Below, in pieces: positions 46,346-56,472 of a stretch of DNA of 64,000 nucleotides. The stretch lies in assembly GCA_963674965.2 (NCBI GenBank), contig CAXXFL010000003.1:320001-384000 (forward strand), given 5' to 3'. The number at the start of each line of letters is the position of its first letter. Within the stretch, counting starts at the first letter, position 1. The notes under the pieces are model-generated. The model had not been told where the DNA came from and ran no database searches. It was given only the letters and a program-made list of their open reading frames with translations. A program made the position numbers and the translations under genes. This stretch comes from a bacterium (GTDB lineage Bacteria > RBG-13-61-14 > DATKZS01).

Positions 46346-46906
46346 TTATCCCTTGGCGTAGCTGGCGCCCTTGTCGTAGGCCTCGAGGTTTATCTTGAGG
46401 CGGTCGCCTTTTCCCTCGGAGGTGAGGATGTACTTCATGGCGTCCTTTACCATGTCCTCGGTGAGGACCCCGGTTATCTCGCGGTAGGCCCCGAGCATGA
46501 TCATGTTGGCCAGGTAGGGCGCGTTCATCTCCTGGGCCAGGTCGGTGACGGGGATGCCGTAAAAGCAGCAGTCGGTCTCCCCCTTTTCCGCGTCCTTGAT
46601 GACGGATGAGTTGTACACTATCTTGCCGCCGGGATTGATGCCGGCCTTGAACCTGGCGAAGGTCCCCGGCTCCATGGTGATGGCGTTGTCGTAGTTGGAC
46701 AAGATGGGCGCGGCTATCCGCTCGTTCGAGAAGATGACCGTTATCAGCGCCGCGGCCCCCCGCATGGCGCCCATGTAAATGGGGAAGCGGGTGACGTGCT
46801 TGTATTTCGAGAAGGCCGCCTGGGCCAGCACGTAGCCGATGGTTATGACTCCCTGGCCGCCGGTCCCTCCCACGATAACCTCGTGTCTGTCTCCATTGCT
46901 AGTCAT
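46346..46906 (-). CDS. 2-oxoacid:ferredoxin oxidoreductase gamma subunit
   Basis: GGTGGQGVITIG, MRG, ANMIMLGA, NLEAYDKG. Confidence 0.9.
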   Translation of the reverse strand: MTSNGDRHEVIVGGTGGQGVITIGYVLAQAAFSKYKHVTRFPIYMGAMRGAAALITVIFSNERIAAPILSNYDNAITMEPGTFARFKAGINPGGKIVYNSSVIKDAEKGETDCCFYGIPVTDLAQEMNAPYLANMIMLGAYREITGVLTEDMVKDAMKYILTSEGKGDRLKINLEAYDKGASYAKG

Positions 46907-46921
46907 TTTTCCCTCCCGGCC

Positions 46922-47692
46922 TTAGCAGGGCTTTTCCGTGTTCTTGATTTCCCCGAGGGGGAATTCCCTGGCCATGGTTTCCTCGACGAACCTGGGCCCG
47001 TCGGCGGGCTTGATCTTCTGGTTGGGAGGGCAGGCCGATAGTATCTCGATGAAGCTGTATCCCTTGCCCGCGAGCTGGTTCTCGATGCCCGTGATCAGGG
47101 CCTTCCTGGTCTTGGCGAAGTTCTTGAGGGAGTTCACCGCGCCTCGATAAGAGAAGACCACGCCCTTCATCTGGGCCATGACCTCGGCCATGTGGATGGG
47201 GAACCCCTGGGTCTCGCAGTCCCTGCCCTCCGGCGTGGTGGCGGTCTTCTGTCCCACCAAGGTGGTGGGCGCCATCTGGCCGCCGGTGGTGCCGAAGTTC
47301 ATGTTGTTGAGGAAGATGGTCGTCAGCTTCTCGAAGCGCTGGGCCGCGTTCATGATCTCGGCCATGCCGATGGCCGAGGCGTCTCCGTCTCCCTGCATGG
47401 TTATAACCAGCCTGTCCTTGCCCAGGACCCGCTTCATGCCCGTGGCCACCGCCGGGCCGCGGCCGTGGAGGGCCACCAGGCCGGACATGCCCTTGATGTA
47501 GTGCATGTTGACCATGCTGCACCCGATGCCGGTGATAAGCACCGTCTTGCCCAGGGTATCCGTGGCCGCCAGGGCCTCCATGAAGCAGTTCAGGATGATC
47601 CCGTAATGGCAGCCGGGGCAGAAATGAGGCGGGATGATCGCCTGATGCATGGGATTGGGGGCGTGCAATATTTCCTTGGCTTCTTCATTCAT
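46922..47692 (-). CDS. 2-oxoacid:ferredoxin oxidoreductase beta (TPP-binding) subunit
   Basis: FCPGCHYG, GIGCS, HGRGPAVATG, QGDGD..AIG, NN..GTTGGQMAPTT, EILSACP. Confidence 0.93.
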   Translation of the reverse strand: MNEEAKEILHAPNPMHQAIIPPHFCPGCHYGIILNCFMEALAATDTLGKTVLITGIGCSMVNMHYIKGMSGLVALHGRGPAVATGMKRVLGKDRLVITMQGDGDASAIGMAEIMNAAQRFEKLTTIFLNNMNFGTTGGQMAPTTLVGQKTATTPEGRDCETQGFPIHMAEVMAQMKGVVFSYRGAVNSLKNFAKTRKALITGIENQLAGKGYSFIEILSACPPNQKIKPADGPRFVEETMAREFPLGEIKNTEKPC

Positions 47693-48765
47693 GAGGCTAA
47701 CCTCCTGATTTCCTCGAGGATGGGAGCGGGATAGAGAAGGCCTAGACCGCCGGGCTCGTTCCTTTTCTCGATCCCGATAAAGCTCAGCTTGTCCTTGCCG
47801 CCCAGCACCCGCTCCACGTCGTAGACCATCTGGCCCTGGTTGTCCTCAACCATGAGAACGCTTTTGACCTTCTTGCCCGCCTCGGAGATTTCCTTTTCCG
47901 GGAAAGGCCACAAGGTGATGGGACGTAAAAGGCCGGCCTTGATCCCGTCCTTCCTCGCCCAGTTGATGGCCTCCATGGCCGTCCGCGCCGTCGAGCCCCA
48001 GGCGATGACCATGATGTCGGCGTCGTCCATCAAATGGGACTCGACGCGGACCTCGTTCTCCTGAATCTTGGCCCATTTCTCCTTCATGCGGGGGAAGTAG
48101 CCCCCGTAGGTGAAGGGCATGTAGGTGTCCATGATAACGGGCCAGTTGTTGTTGTCGCCGCTGGGCTTGATGGCCCAGTTCTTCTCCGGCAACTCGCCGA
48201 AGTCCAGGGTCTTGACCTCGATGGCCTCCGCGCTTTGGCCTACGATGGCGTCGGAGAGGACTATCGTGCACATGCGGTACTTGTCGGCCAGGTAGTAGGC
48301 GAGCTGGACCAGGTCGTGGCACTCCTGCACGGAGGAGGGCGAGAGCACGACGTTGGGGCAGCCGCCGTGGCCCGCGGACTTGGTGGCCAGGTTGTAGTCC
48401 GTCTGGCCCGTGGCGATCGAACCCGAGCCCGGCCCGCCGCGCTGGACGTTGACCACCACGCAGGGCAGCTCGATGGCGTGGGCGCCGGAAAGTCCCTCCT
48501 GCATAAGGGAGTAGCCCGGGCTCGAGGTGCTGGTTATGGCCCTTGCCCCGGCGGCCACGGCCCCCACCAGCATCTGGATCGAGGATATCTCGCTCTCCGT
48601 CTGAACGAAGGTCCCGCCCGCCTTGGGAAGGTTGTTCGCGAAAAACGCCGGGATTTCGTTCTGGGGCGTGATGGGATACCCGAAAAAGAACTTGCAGCCG
48701 GCGGCCAGGGCCCCGTGGCCGATGGCGTCGTTGCCGGTGCACATTATTCGCTTTGTCTCAGACAT
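47689..48765 (-). CDS. 2-oxoacid:ferredoxin oxidoreductase alpha subunit (VorB-like)
   Basis: GNDAIG, FFGYPITPQNE, QTESE, TSTSSPGYSLMQE, QRGGPG, RPITLWPFP. Confidence 0.93.
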   Translation of the reverse strand: MSETKRIMCTGNDAIGHGALAAGCKFFFGYPITPQNEIPAFFANNLPKAGGTFVQTESEISSIQMLVGAVAAGARAITSTSSPGYSLMQEGLSGAHAIELPCVVVNVQRGGPGSGSIATGQTDYNLATKSAGHGGCPNVVLSPSSVQECHDLVQLAYYLADKYRMCTIVLSDAIVGQSAEAIEVKTLDFGELPEKNWAIKPSGDNNNWPVIMDTYMPFTYGGYFPRMKEKWAKIQENEVRVESHLMDDADIMVIAWGSTARTAMEAINWARKDGIKAGLLRPITLWPFPEKEISEAGKKVKSVLMVEDNQGQMVYDVERVLGGKDKLSFIGIEKRNEPGGLGLLYPAPILEEIRRLAS

Positions 48766-48815
48766 CTATTCCTCCCGTCCCGATGAGCATGCATCGGCCC
48801 GTATCGAGGCGAGGC

Positions 48816-49040
48816 TCAACCCGCCTTCTTGTACTTGTAGACCGTTACCGCGAAGTCCGGGCACAGCTTGTTGCAGGCGCCGCAGCCGGTGCAATCGTCC
48901 ATGTTCACCGGCTCGGGGTAATAATAACCCGCCTGGTTGAAGCTCTCCCGGATTTCAAGGCAGTTTGACGGACAGACCGTCACGCAAATCCCGCAGCCCT
49001 TGCAGGCGCTTTGTTTGATTTCGACCTCGAATTTTGCCAT
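48816..49040 (-). CDS. 2x[4Fe-4S] ferredoxin (oxidoreductase delta subunit)
   Basis: CKGCGICVTVCP and CTGCGACNKLCP. Confidence 0.93.
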   Translation of the reverse strand: MAKFEVEIKQSACKGCGICVTVCPSNCLEIRESFNQAGYYYPEPVNMDDCTGCGACNKLCPDFAVTVYKYKKAG

Positions 49041-49098
49041 GTCTTGTCTCCGTTTTTTTGCCTTTTGAAAAAAACTTCCAAAGCACTATATAGATTGC

Positions 49099-49146
49099 TT
49101 GACAATTACATCACGAATATATACAATAACGACCGTAATTTGTCAA
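49099..49146. promoter_or_regulatory. Overlapping opposite-strand sigma70 promoters forming an inverted repeat
   Basis: Plus strand TTGACA-17-TACAAT toward the regulator; minus strand TTGACA (49146-49141) with TATATA (17 nt) or TATATT (19 nt) toward the oxidoreductase operon. Confidence 0.6.
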
Positions 49147-49330
49147 GGAAATAATGCGATTGAAAAAACAAGGTGACGGGATATCTATATTACTAATTTA
49201 TTGTAAATAAAGGAGATATAATCTGTAATGAATCTCTGTTCGCTCGTAACCTATCAAAAAGACGAAACTTATGTTAAATGTCGTCTGTATTGTACTATAT
49301 AGTTAACTGTGCAAAATCAGGGAGTACTGC

Positions 49331-50278
49331 ATGGCGGCGCCTAAAAAAATGAAAATAAGCCAACTCGAGGAAATCACCCGAACGCCAAGGACGACCATAC
49401 ATTACTATATCAGGGAAGGACTCCTCACCCGGCCCGACAAAACCGGCAAAACCATGGCCTATTACGACTCCTCCCACGTCAGAAGACTCGAGCTTATAAG
49501 GAAAATCCAAAAGGACTATACGAGCCGGAAGAACAAGTCCTATATGCCCATCTCCCTCTTAAAGGAAAAGCTCGAGGAGGAAACGAGGAAAATCTCGGAG
49601 TACGGCGAGTTCATCTCCGGCGCGGCCGGGGAGGGGACCGGCCCAAAGCGCTCGCGCCGCATGGAGATCATCGAGGCCGCCTTCCGGCTGTACTCGGAAA
49701 AGGGCTATTACTCGACCAACGTTCGGGACATAGCCCGGGAGGCCGGCATCTCGCCCTCCGCCTTTTACATTTACTTTCCCGACAAGCGCGAGCTGTTCGG
49801 AGAGGTGATAGACTTCGTGATCGCGGGCATATCCTCGGACCTCCGCCATGCCCTCGAGGAGGAGGACGAGATGCGGCGGCCCGTGGTTTTCCTCAAGGTC
49901 TTCCGCGACAACTACCCCAAGATGGGCGAGATACTCAGCCAGCTCCGGGCCGGCGTGGCCCTGGACGACCGGTGGGCACGGGACAAGCTGAACAAGGTCT
50001 ACTGGGACATGACCAAGGTCATGGCCGGGGAGGTCAAGAACGCGGCCGACGCCGGCCTCACCCGCGAGACCGACCCCGAGCTTTTGGCCTTCTTCATCGT
50101 GGGCATGGCCGAGATCGTCATCAACCTGACCTCCCTTTACGACAAGTACTCCTACGAGAGGCTCGCCCTCTTCGCCTCCGACCTCTACGTCAACGGCGTC
50201 GCCCCCCGCGACGACCGGAGCCGCGCCTTCTACAAGAAACTCATCGAGGAGATAGTCAAGGCCCTGCCCGAGAGGTGA
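49331..50278 (+). CDS. MerR-HTH / TetR fusion transcriptional regulator
   Basis: MKISQLEE...TIHYYIREGLL (MerR); EIIEAAFRLYSEKGY..TNVRDIAREAGIS...YIYFPDK (TetR). Confidence 0.9.
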   Translation: MAAPKKMKISQLEEITRTPRTTIHYYIREGLLTRPDKTGKTMAYYDSSHVRRLELIRKIQKDYTSRKNKSYMPISLLKEKLEEETRKISEYGEFISGAAGEGTGPKRSRRMEIIEAAFRLYSEKGYYSTNVRDIAREAGISPSAFYIYFPDKRELFGEVIDFVIAGISSDLRHALEEEDEMRRPVVFLKVFRDNYPKMGEILSQLRAGVALDDRWARDKLNKVYWDMTKVMAGEVKNAADAGLTRETDPELLAFFIVGMAEIVINLTSLYDKYSYERLALFASDLYVNGVAPRDDRSRAFYKKLIEEIVKALPER

Positions 50279-50400
50279 CCACCTTGTCCCGGGTAGCCCC
50301 GTCATGCATTTTCGCAAAACGCATGAGCCATAACCCCGCGATCTATACTCGCCCCCCAAAAGCCTGGCCCAAAACTTGAAGAAAAGCGAGTTAAGTATAA

Positions 50401-50430
50401 TGTCCCCAGAACCCCTGTCCCCAGAACCCC
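50401..50430. repeat. 15-bp perfect tandem repeat (TGTCCCCAGAACCCC x2)
   Basis: Read directly; sits exactly where the DUF2461 homology stops. Confidence 0.9.
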
Positions 50431-50679
50431 CTTGCCGAACCGGACGTCGCGGTAAATTCGGAATATGGACTTGTCCCGCCTGGGGTCGGCCACCACCCCT
50501 TGCGAGATTTTCTTAAGACGCTCGCCCATGGCCGCCACGAAGGCCCGCGCCGGCTCGAGCACCTCCTGCTCGTAGTCGCCTTTCCTCTCCTCGAACCAGG
50601 CCTTGTCGTTGTTTTTCGCCAGCTCGGATAAAAAGCTCACCGTCTCCCTGGGAAAACCGTCGAAACCGCCTTTCGTCAT
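50431..50679 (-). pseudogene. Truncated DUF2461 (TIGR02453-like) gene, N-terminal ~80 aa only
   Basis: FLSELAKNNDKAWFEE..Y...SIFRIYRDVRF(G)K, then abrupt switch to repeat-derived GVLGTGVLGT; GAGG SD present. Confidence 0.75.
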
Positions 50680-50775
50680 TTAAGCCTCCTTAAAACGCCG
50701 GCGCTGAAGTCGGAATAGCCGCGCATAAAGATTATAGACGGCTCGCGGCCGGTTGGCGACGGTCATGGAGAAAAA

Positions 50776-51196
50776 TCACCAGGGGTGTTCCACTTCATGG
50801 GCCTTAAGTTGTTGAATGAACATTTCGTTCAACTCGCTTTGTTTGGCGAAAGCCTCCATGGCCTCCTTCACGTAACCTGGTGGACCGATGGCGGAGCACC
50901 GGTAATAGTCGGCTTTAGAATACAGACCGTAATATCGATAGGTTAGAATTTGGAGCTTGATCGCTTTTGGAAAATCTTCATTTTCCACTAATTTTTTCTT
51001 TGTTACGTTTTTTTTCAATGTCAAAAGCGTTTTTACCTTGGTAGTCGCAAATCTTCGGATCTGCGCCGTTCTCTAATAGCATTTTTACCATCTCAACCTG
51101 GCCCCTTGTAACAGCGCTATGCAGTGGCGTACTCCCCTGATCGTCTTGAGCGCGTGGGCGGCCAGGATTTTGAGTTTTGCTTTTCTCCCTATCCAT
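50776..51196 (-). pseudogene. Ankyrin-repeat gene fragment, split at an A8 tract
   Basis: AQDDQGSTPLHSAV..G..EMVKMLLENGAD ankyrin unit; two overlapping ORFs join if the A8 tract (T 51008-51015) is A7; AT-richer than flanks. Confidence 0.6.
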
Positions 51197-51248
51197 ATAC
51201 CGCGACGAAAAGGCAGGCGAAGACTGGCATGGAAAGCGATAACGACCG

Positions 51249-52055
51249 TTACAGCCCCGAGATGAATTCCCTCATGACCTCAAAGTAATCTTTCTTATTG
51301 AAGGCCTGGACGTCGTTATGACCTCCCACCGGGAAGATATGCAGCCGGGTCTTGGCCGGGTCTCCGTAGGACGCCAGGAGTTTTCCGTTTTCCACCGGGA
51401 CTATATCGTCGAAGGGCGCGTGCATGATCAGGATGGGACCGCCAAAGGCCTTGAGCTTTGACTCCTGATCGAAAGCCTCTTGCAGGTCCCTTTTCAGGAC
51501 GTCCACCTCGACGTCGAACCTCTCCAAAATGGACGCCATCTTGTCGATCCACAGGTCGAACCTGGCAATGCCGCTCTCGATGACCAGGGCCCTGGCTCCT
51601 CCACCCAGGTCCGAGGCCAACTCGGCCGCGGCCAAAGACCCGAGCGACCTGCCCATGATGATTATCCGGTCGGGCGGGACCCCTATGCTTTCGACGAGAA
51701 ACTTCCAAGCCGCCCGGCAGTCCTCGAGCAGTCTGGGCAGGTTGGGTCTTCCCGTGGACAGGCCGTACCCCCGGTAATCGACCACCAGCAGGTTGGCCCC
51801 CAGGGCCTCGACGCTCTTATGGAAGTCATACAGGTAATCGGTCATCACCTCCCCGTTGCCGTGAAAAAAGATAACCGCCGGCGCCTTCTCGAGGGGATGA
51901 TACCAGTAGGCGCCCAGCTTGTCGTCCTTGACCGGTATGCTCACTATCTCTCCGCCGGGGATATCCGGGACGTCCGCCTCCGTCAGTGGAGTGGGGTAGA
52001 AAAGCACTTGCGTTAAAAGTGGATGATCGAGAGTGCGCCTTATGTCTTTTTCCAT
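51249..52055 (-). CDS. Alpha/beta hydrolase (ABHD17/BEM46-like)
   Basis: FFHGNGE, DYRGYG.S.G, GRSLG nucleophile elbow, DDIVP, GGHND. Confidence 0.92.
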   Translation of the reverse strand: MEKDIRRTLDHPLLTQVLFYPTPLTEADVPDIPGGEIVSIPVKDDKLGAYWYHPLEKAPAVIFFHGNGEVMTDYLYDFHKSVEALGANLLVVDYRGYGLSTGRPNLPRLLEDCRAAWKFLVESIGVPPDRIIIMGRSLGSLAAAELASDLGGGARALVIESGIARFDLWIDKMASILERFDVEVDVLKRDLQEAFDQESKLKAFGGPILIMHAPFDDIVPVENGKLLASYGDPAKTRLHIFPVGGHNDVQAFNKKDYFEVMREFISGL

Positions 52056-52101
52056 CTTTTCCTCCTCAATCTCGCGCGATATTACTCGCCGGCGGGCAAA
52101 G

Positions 52102-53871
52102 TCATCTTATTCTTGCACGCTCCGATTCCCATTTCATCTTTTGCTCGGTGGTGACCGACTTCTCGATGGCTTTGTCGAGATATTCCGCCGCCCTCTTCCG
52201 GTCTCCCGGCCCGCGGGCGTGGACCAACCCCAGTCTTCCCAATACCTCGGGGTTGTCGGGGTCGTAGGCCAGGGCCGACTCGAGGACCCTTACCGCCTCG
52301 CCGCCTCCCGAGCGGCCGGCCTCCCCGCTCTCGACCAGGAGGTCGGCCAAGTTGATGGCCGGCGAAAGGGAACCCGGACTCGCGGCCAGGGCCCTTCGAT
52401 AATAATCCATGGCCTTGTCCCAATCGCCTTTTTTATAGGACAGGTTGCCCAGGTTGTTCAAGGCCTCGGCCGAGGCGGGATCGATCTCGAGCGCTCTCTT
52501 GTAACAAGCCTCGGCCTCGGCGAGCCTTCCGAATGCCGCGTACTCCATGCCCAGATTGACCTGGACCGCGCTCGAGGCCGGGGCCTTGGACATGGCGTCG
52601 CGCCACAGGGCAAGGCCGCTTGAATAGTCGGCCGCCCTCGATACGGTCAGGACGGAATAAAGAACGACCACCGTGAGCGCCAGGGCCATGGATAAGGTTT
52701 TCTTCTTCCCCGCAAGCCCATTGACCATCGCCGCCGCGGGCCAGGCGACGGCCAGGACGGACAGGTAAATCCTGTTCTCGTTGATCGGGACCACGAGCGG
52801 AACGACCGTGCTGGTAGGCGCGAGATAAAGCATGGAAAAAAGAAGAGCGAAAGAAGACTCTTTGGATATTCGGCGAACCGAAAAGGATATGGCGACCAGA
52901 GCGGCAATCCCGATCGGCTTTAGGAGCCATAGAAAGGTGAAGGCCCCCGCGGCCCCCGGCGCCTCATGCTCGATGGACGGGTTGACGGGCAGGACCAGAA
53001 GTTTCGCGTAGGTCCAGAAGGCGCCGACCTGCATGGCCAGGTAGTGGCCGACGGTCCAAGGCCGCTGGGGCGGGAACAAGGTGGGGGCCGAATGGACCCG
53101 GCGATAGACGAGATATACAAGGAAAGCGAGGGTGAGAACGGCAAGAACCGCGGCCAGCTTCTTGCCGCCTTGTCCCGAGACCAAGCCCCGGAAAGAGGAA
53201 ACCTTATCCCCCGCGCCGTTTTCCTTATTGAAGATGAAGGCCCAGAGGATAATGGCCGCGGGCAGGGTCGAGATCGAGGCCTTCACGAAGAGCCCGGCCA
53301 GGAAAAGCACCGAGATGGACGCGGCCTTTATGGTCGCCGATCCAAAGGGACCCCGCGAGTCCTCGTCCTCATTCCAAAGGGACGCGAATAAAATAAGGCC
53401 CGCCAGGTAAAAAGTGGACGAAAGCAAAGTCGAGCGGCACGTCACGTATCCCACCTGAATGGACTGGAGGGGATGGACCAGGAACAACAAAGCCGCCAGA
53501 GGGGCGAGGCTTTTCAGACTCCTCGTTTTCATGGTCAGGAAAAGGACCAGCAGGGCGTTGATGGAGTGGATGACCAGGTTGGTGGCCCTGAAGGCGGATG
53601 GTTTTCCACCCGACCTTTGCCAGTCCAGGGCGTAGGTCCAGGTCAACAGGGGACGGGTCATGGCGCCGTTAAACCGCGAGGCGCTCTCGGGATTTTGAAA
53701 ATAATAAACCGGGTTCAGGGTGGTCTTGATACTCGGGTTGTCTCGTATGGTATGGATATCGTCGTAAATAAAGGGAGAGTCCAGATATCCCCGAAAGACG
53801 ACCCAGGAAGCGGCGATGGTCGCAACGACCGCCAGGACGAAAAGCCATTTGTTTTTATCAAGGCCAGGCAT
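52102..53871 (-). CDS. Second TMTC-like GT-C glycosyltransferase with C-terminal TPRs
   Basis: Real C-terminal 589 aa of the 1920-aa ORF; FIYDD..IRDNP, RPL, NLVIH..N, FLVHPLQ...YVTCRS, ENRIYL, clear TPRs (EALNNLGNLSY..GDWDKAMDYYRRAL). Confidence 0.82.
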   Translation of the reverse strand: MPGLDKNKWLFVLAVVATIAASWVVFRGYLDSPFIYDDIHTIRDNPSIKTTLNPVYYFQNPESASRFNGAMTRPLLTWTYALDWQRSGGKPSAFRATNLVIHSINALLVLFLTMKTRSLKSLAPLAALLFLVHPLQSIQVGYVTCRSTLLSSTFYLAGLILFASLWNEDEDSRGPFGSATIKAASISVLFLAGLFVKASISTLPAAIILWAFIFNKENGAGDKVSSFRGLVSGQGGKKLAAVLAVLTLAFLVYLVYRRVHSAPTLFPPQRPWTVGHYLAMQVGAFWTYAKLLVLPVNPSIEHEAPGAAGAFTFLWLLKPIGIAALVAISFSVRRISKESSFALLFSMLYLAPTSTVVPLVVPINENRIYLSVLAVAWPAAAMVNGLAGKKKTLSMALALTVVVLYSVLTVSRAADYSSGLALWRDAMSKAPASSAVQVNLGMEYAAFGRLAEAEACYKRALEIDPASAEALNNLGNLSYKKGDWDKAMDYYRRALAASPGSLSPAINLADLLVESGEAGRSGGGEAVRVLESALAYDPDNPEVLGRLGLVHARGPGDRKRAAEYLDKAIEKSVTTEQKMKWESERARIR

Positions 53872-54006
53872 CTCAAAGATATGGCGATTATACCAATAGG
53901 CGCGGAAAATTAAACGCCGGCCCCATGAACTGGCGCGGAGGCGGTGGATAAGCGATAATGCCTTATCGAACCCGATCGTCACGCGCACCGAAAACGGGAG
54001 GACACA

Positions 54007-56406
54007 ATGCGAGGAAAAACGCGCCTTAAATACATTCTCGCCGCCATGGCCTGTCTGGCTTTGCTTTCTTTCACGGCGGCCGGACTGGAAAAGCAAAGGC
54101 CCGGGATTAACGCCTGGAACCAGCTTAATTCCCTTGTTCGGATCGGGACGGTCAACATGGTGATGGACTTGTCTTCCCGGGACATGGTCGATCCCGCGAT
54201 CGACGACGGCGCCACTTTCTCCTATTTTGCCCGGCCCAGCTTCCAGATAGGGATCAGGGGAGAGCAGCAAGCCACCCAGGTGATCGACGGCCACCTCTGG
54301 ACCGGGGCCGCCGAGTGGTTCGCCATCGCCGGCCCGGACGACGAGGTGGTGAATAAAAGAATCTGGACCCTGCGCGACGGATACCTTCCACAAGTGGGCT
54401 ACTCGATCATAAAGGACGGCGTAAGGTACAAGGTGGCCTTCTTCCAGTTCCGGCTTAATGACGACCCGGGGTCCGACGCGGTCGACTTCGCCCGAGTCGA
54501 GGCGGAAAATATAAGTGATGAAAGCCGCGAGGCGGCCTTTGGCGGCGGCTTCATGTATGGCCCGACCGACCACCGCTGCCAGAACATAAGACGGATGAAA
54601 TTCAATCCGTTCTGGTCCTACGAGATGACGGACAAGGCGGCGGTCCGGGACGGCAAACTGATATACGCGTGGCAAGACCGGCCCGACTCGGTCCTGGCCA
54701 AACCGGGCAAGGAGTACGAGGGGCCCTTTACGGGCGCGGGGCGGACGACCCCCCTTTGCATGGCCAGGTATAAAAGGACCCTCGCTCCCGGCGAGAGCGC
54801 CAGGGCCGACTTCGTTATTCCCCAACTTCCCATGGACCCCGCAAAAGTTGACGAACTCACGGCGGCCGACTATGACGAGCGGCTCGAGGCCATGGCCGAT
54901 TACTGGAACGCGTGGCTCGAGGGCGGTACGTCCATTTCCGTTTCCGAGAAAAAGATACGCGACGCCTGCCGGGCCTACGTGATCCACGCCCTGATGAGCC
55001 AGAACGTCCTTGGCGAGGACGAGGTGGAGCAACACGTGAACCGCCTTCAATATAATCGCTTCTGGCTCCGCGACTCGGCTTTTTTCGTGAGCATGTACGA
55101 GAAATGGGGCCAACCCGAGGTCGCCCGCGCCCTTTGCCGGAGGTGTTACGGGTCTCAACTGGAGGACGGCAACTTCCTTAGCAATCGCGGCCAGCTTGAC
55201 GGCTGGGGCCAGTCCATGTGGGCCTTCGGTACTCACGTCCGGTATACGGGCGACGTGGAGTTCGCCCAGGAAGCCGCTCCCCGGGTCGAGCGCGCCGCGG
55301 CCTGGCTCGAGTCGGCCCTGGCCAGGGACGCCTGGGGCGTGATGCCGCCCACCGACGCCCTCGACAACGAGACCATCTACGGCCGCTACACGGGCCACAA
55401 CTTCTGGGCCATAATCGGGCTCGAGGCCGCGGCCGACGTCATGGAGGCGGCGGGCCGGCCCGAGAAGGCCGCCGAGTATCGGGAGCTGCGGGAGGAATAC
55501 CGGGCCCGGCTGATCGATCTTCTCCGGGCCATCATGGAGGAAAGGGGCGGGGTCATCACTCCGGGCCTTGACGTTAAGGGCGGCACGGACTGGGGCAACC
55601 TCCTCGCCGTGTACCCCGGCCGGGTCCTGGACCCGTGGGACCCGCTGGTGACGGACACCTTCGACAAGGTTCGCGAGGAGCGTATGCAAGAGGGTATCTC
55701 CATGTGGCATCAGTCGCTCCATCTGTATATTACCGAGCGCGTGGCCCAGACGGCCCTTGTCCGGAACGAGCAGGAGAAGGCGGTGGGAGACTTTTACGGC
55801 ATGCTCCTCCACACCGGGTCGTGCCATGAGGGGTTCGAGTGGACCGTCTACCCCTGGGCCGGACGGGACTATTGCATGGACCCCTTGTCCGACCACCACT
55901 GCAACTTCCCTCCCCACGGATGGTACGCGGCGGACATGAACATCCTTTTCCGGAACATGCTGATCAGGGAGGACGAGGGCAAGGTCGTGCTTTTCTCGGC
56001 CCTCTCCCCCGCCTGGGCCCGGCCTGGAGACGCGGTCGAGGTAAGGGACGCGCCGGCCTATGTCCGGGACGAGGCGGGAAGGCCCCTGCCGCTGACCATA
56101 TCCTTCAAGGCCGTCTTTGCCGATCGCTCCGTCCATATCGAGTACGGCGCCGAGGCCATGAAGGACGGGGCAAGCGGTCCCGCGGATAATGCCCTGATAA
56201 TGAGGCGTCCCTATTTCCTCGGTCTCGAGTCGGCCTCCCTGGACGGGAGGGCGATGGAAGTTGGAGACGACCTTTGGCTGCCCCTGGGCAAACACGAGCT
56301 CGAGATTACCTTTCAGCGAAAGCCCGCGGAGCAAAAGAGCCACGAGGCCTCGGTGAAATGGTACAAGGACGAATACCGGAGGCGATGGGAAAGCTCCGGC
56401 AAATAA
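54007..56406 (+). CDS. Exported (alpha/alpha)6 six-hairpin glycosidase-like protein
   Basis: GGGAG SD, signal peptide; YNRFWLRDSAF, GQLDGWGQ..W, NFWAIIGL..A, FPPHGWYAA. Confidence 0.7.
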   Translation: MRGKTRLKYILAAMACLALLSFTAAGLEKQRPGINAWNQLNSLVRIGTVNMVMDLSSRDMVDPAIDDGATFSYFARPSFQIGIRGEQQATQVIDGHLWTGAAEWFAIAGPDDEVVNKRIWTLRDGYLPQVGYSIIKDGVRYKVAFFQFRLNDDPGSDAVDFARVEAENISDESREAAFGGGFMYGPTDHRCQNIRRMKFNPFWSYEMTDKAAVRDGKLIYAWQDRPDSVLAKPGKEYEGPFTGAGRTTPLCMARYKRTLAPGESARADFVIPQLPMDPAKVDELTAADYDERLEAMADYWNAWLEGGTSISVSEKKIRDACRAYVIHALMSQNVLGEDEVEQHVNRLQYNRFWLRDSAFFVSMYEKWGQPEVARALCRRCYGSQLEDGNFLSNRGQLDGWGQSMWAFGTHVRYTGDVEFAQEAAPRVERAAAWLESALARDAWGVMPPTDALDNETIYGRYTGHNFWAIIGLEAAADVMEAAGRPEKAAEYRELREEYRARLIDLLRAIMEERGGVITPGLDVKGGTDWGNLLAVYPGRVLDPWDPLVTDTFDKVREERMQEGISMWHQSLHLYITERVAQTALVRNEQEKAVGDFYGMLLHTGSCHEGFEWTVYPWAGRDYCMDPLSDHHCNFPPHGWYAADMNILFRNMLIREDEGKVVLFSALSPAWARPGDAVEVRDAPAYVRDEAGRPLPLTISFKAVFADRSVHIEYGAEAMKDGASGPADNALIMRRPYFLGLESASLDGRAMEVGDDLWLPLGKHELEITFQRKPAEQKSHEASVKWYKDEYRRRWESSGK

Positions 56407-56472
56407 GACGGTCTTATGGGTATTTTGAAAGGGCCCGGACTTAGTGATAAGTTCAGACCCGGAGTATAATTC

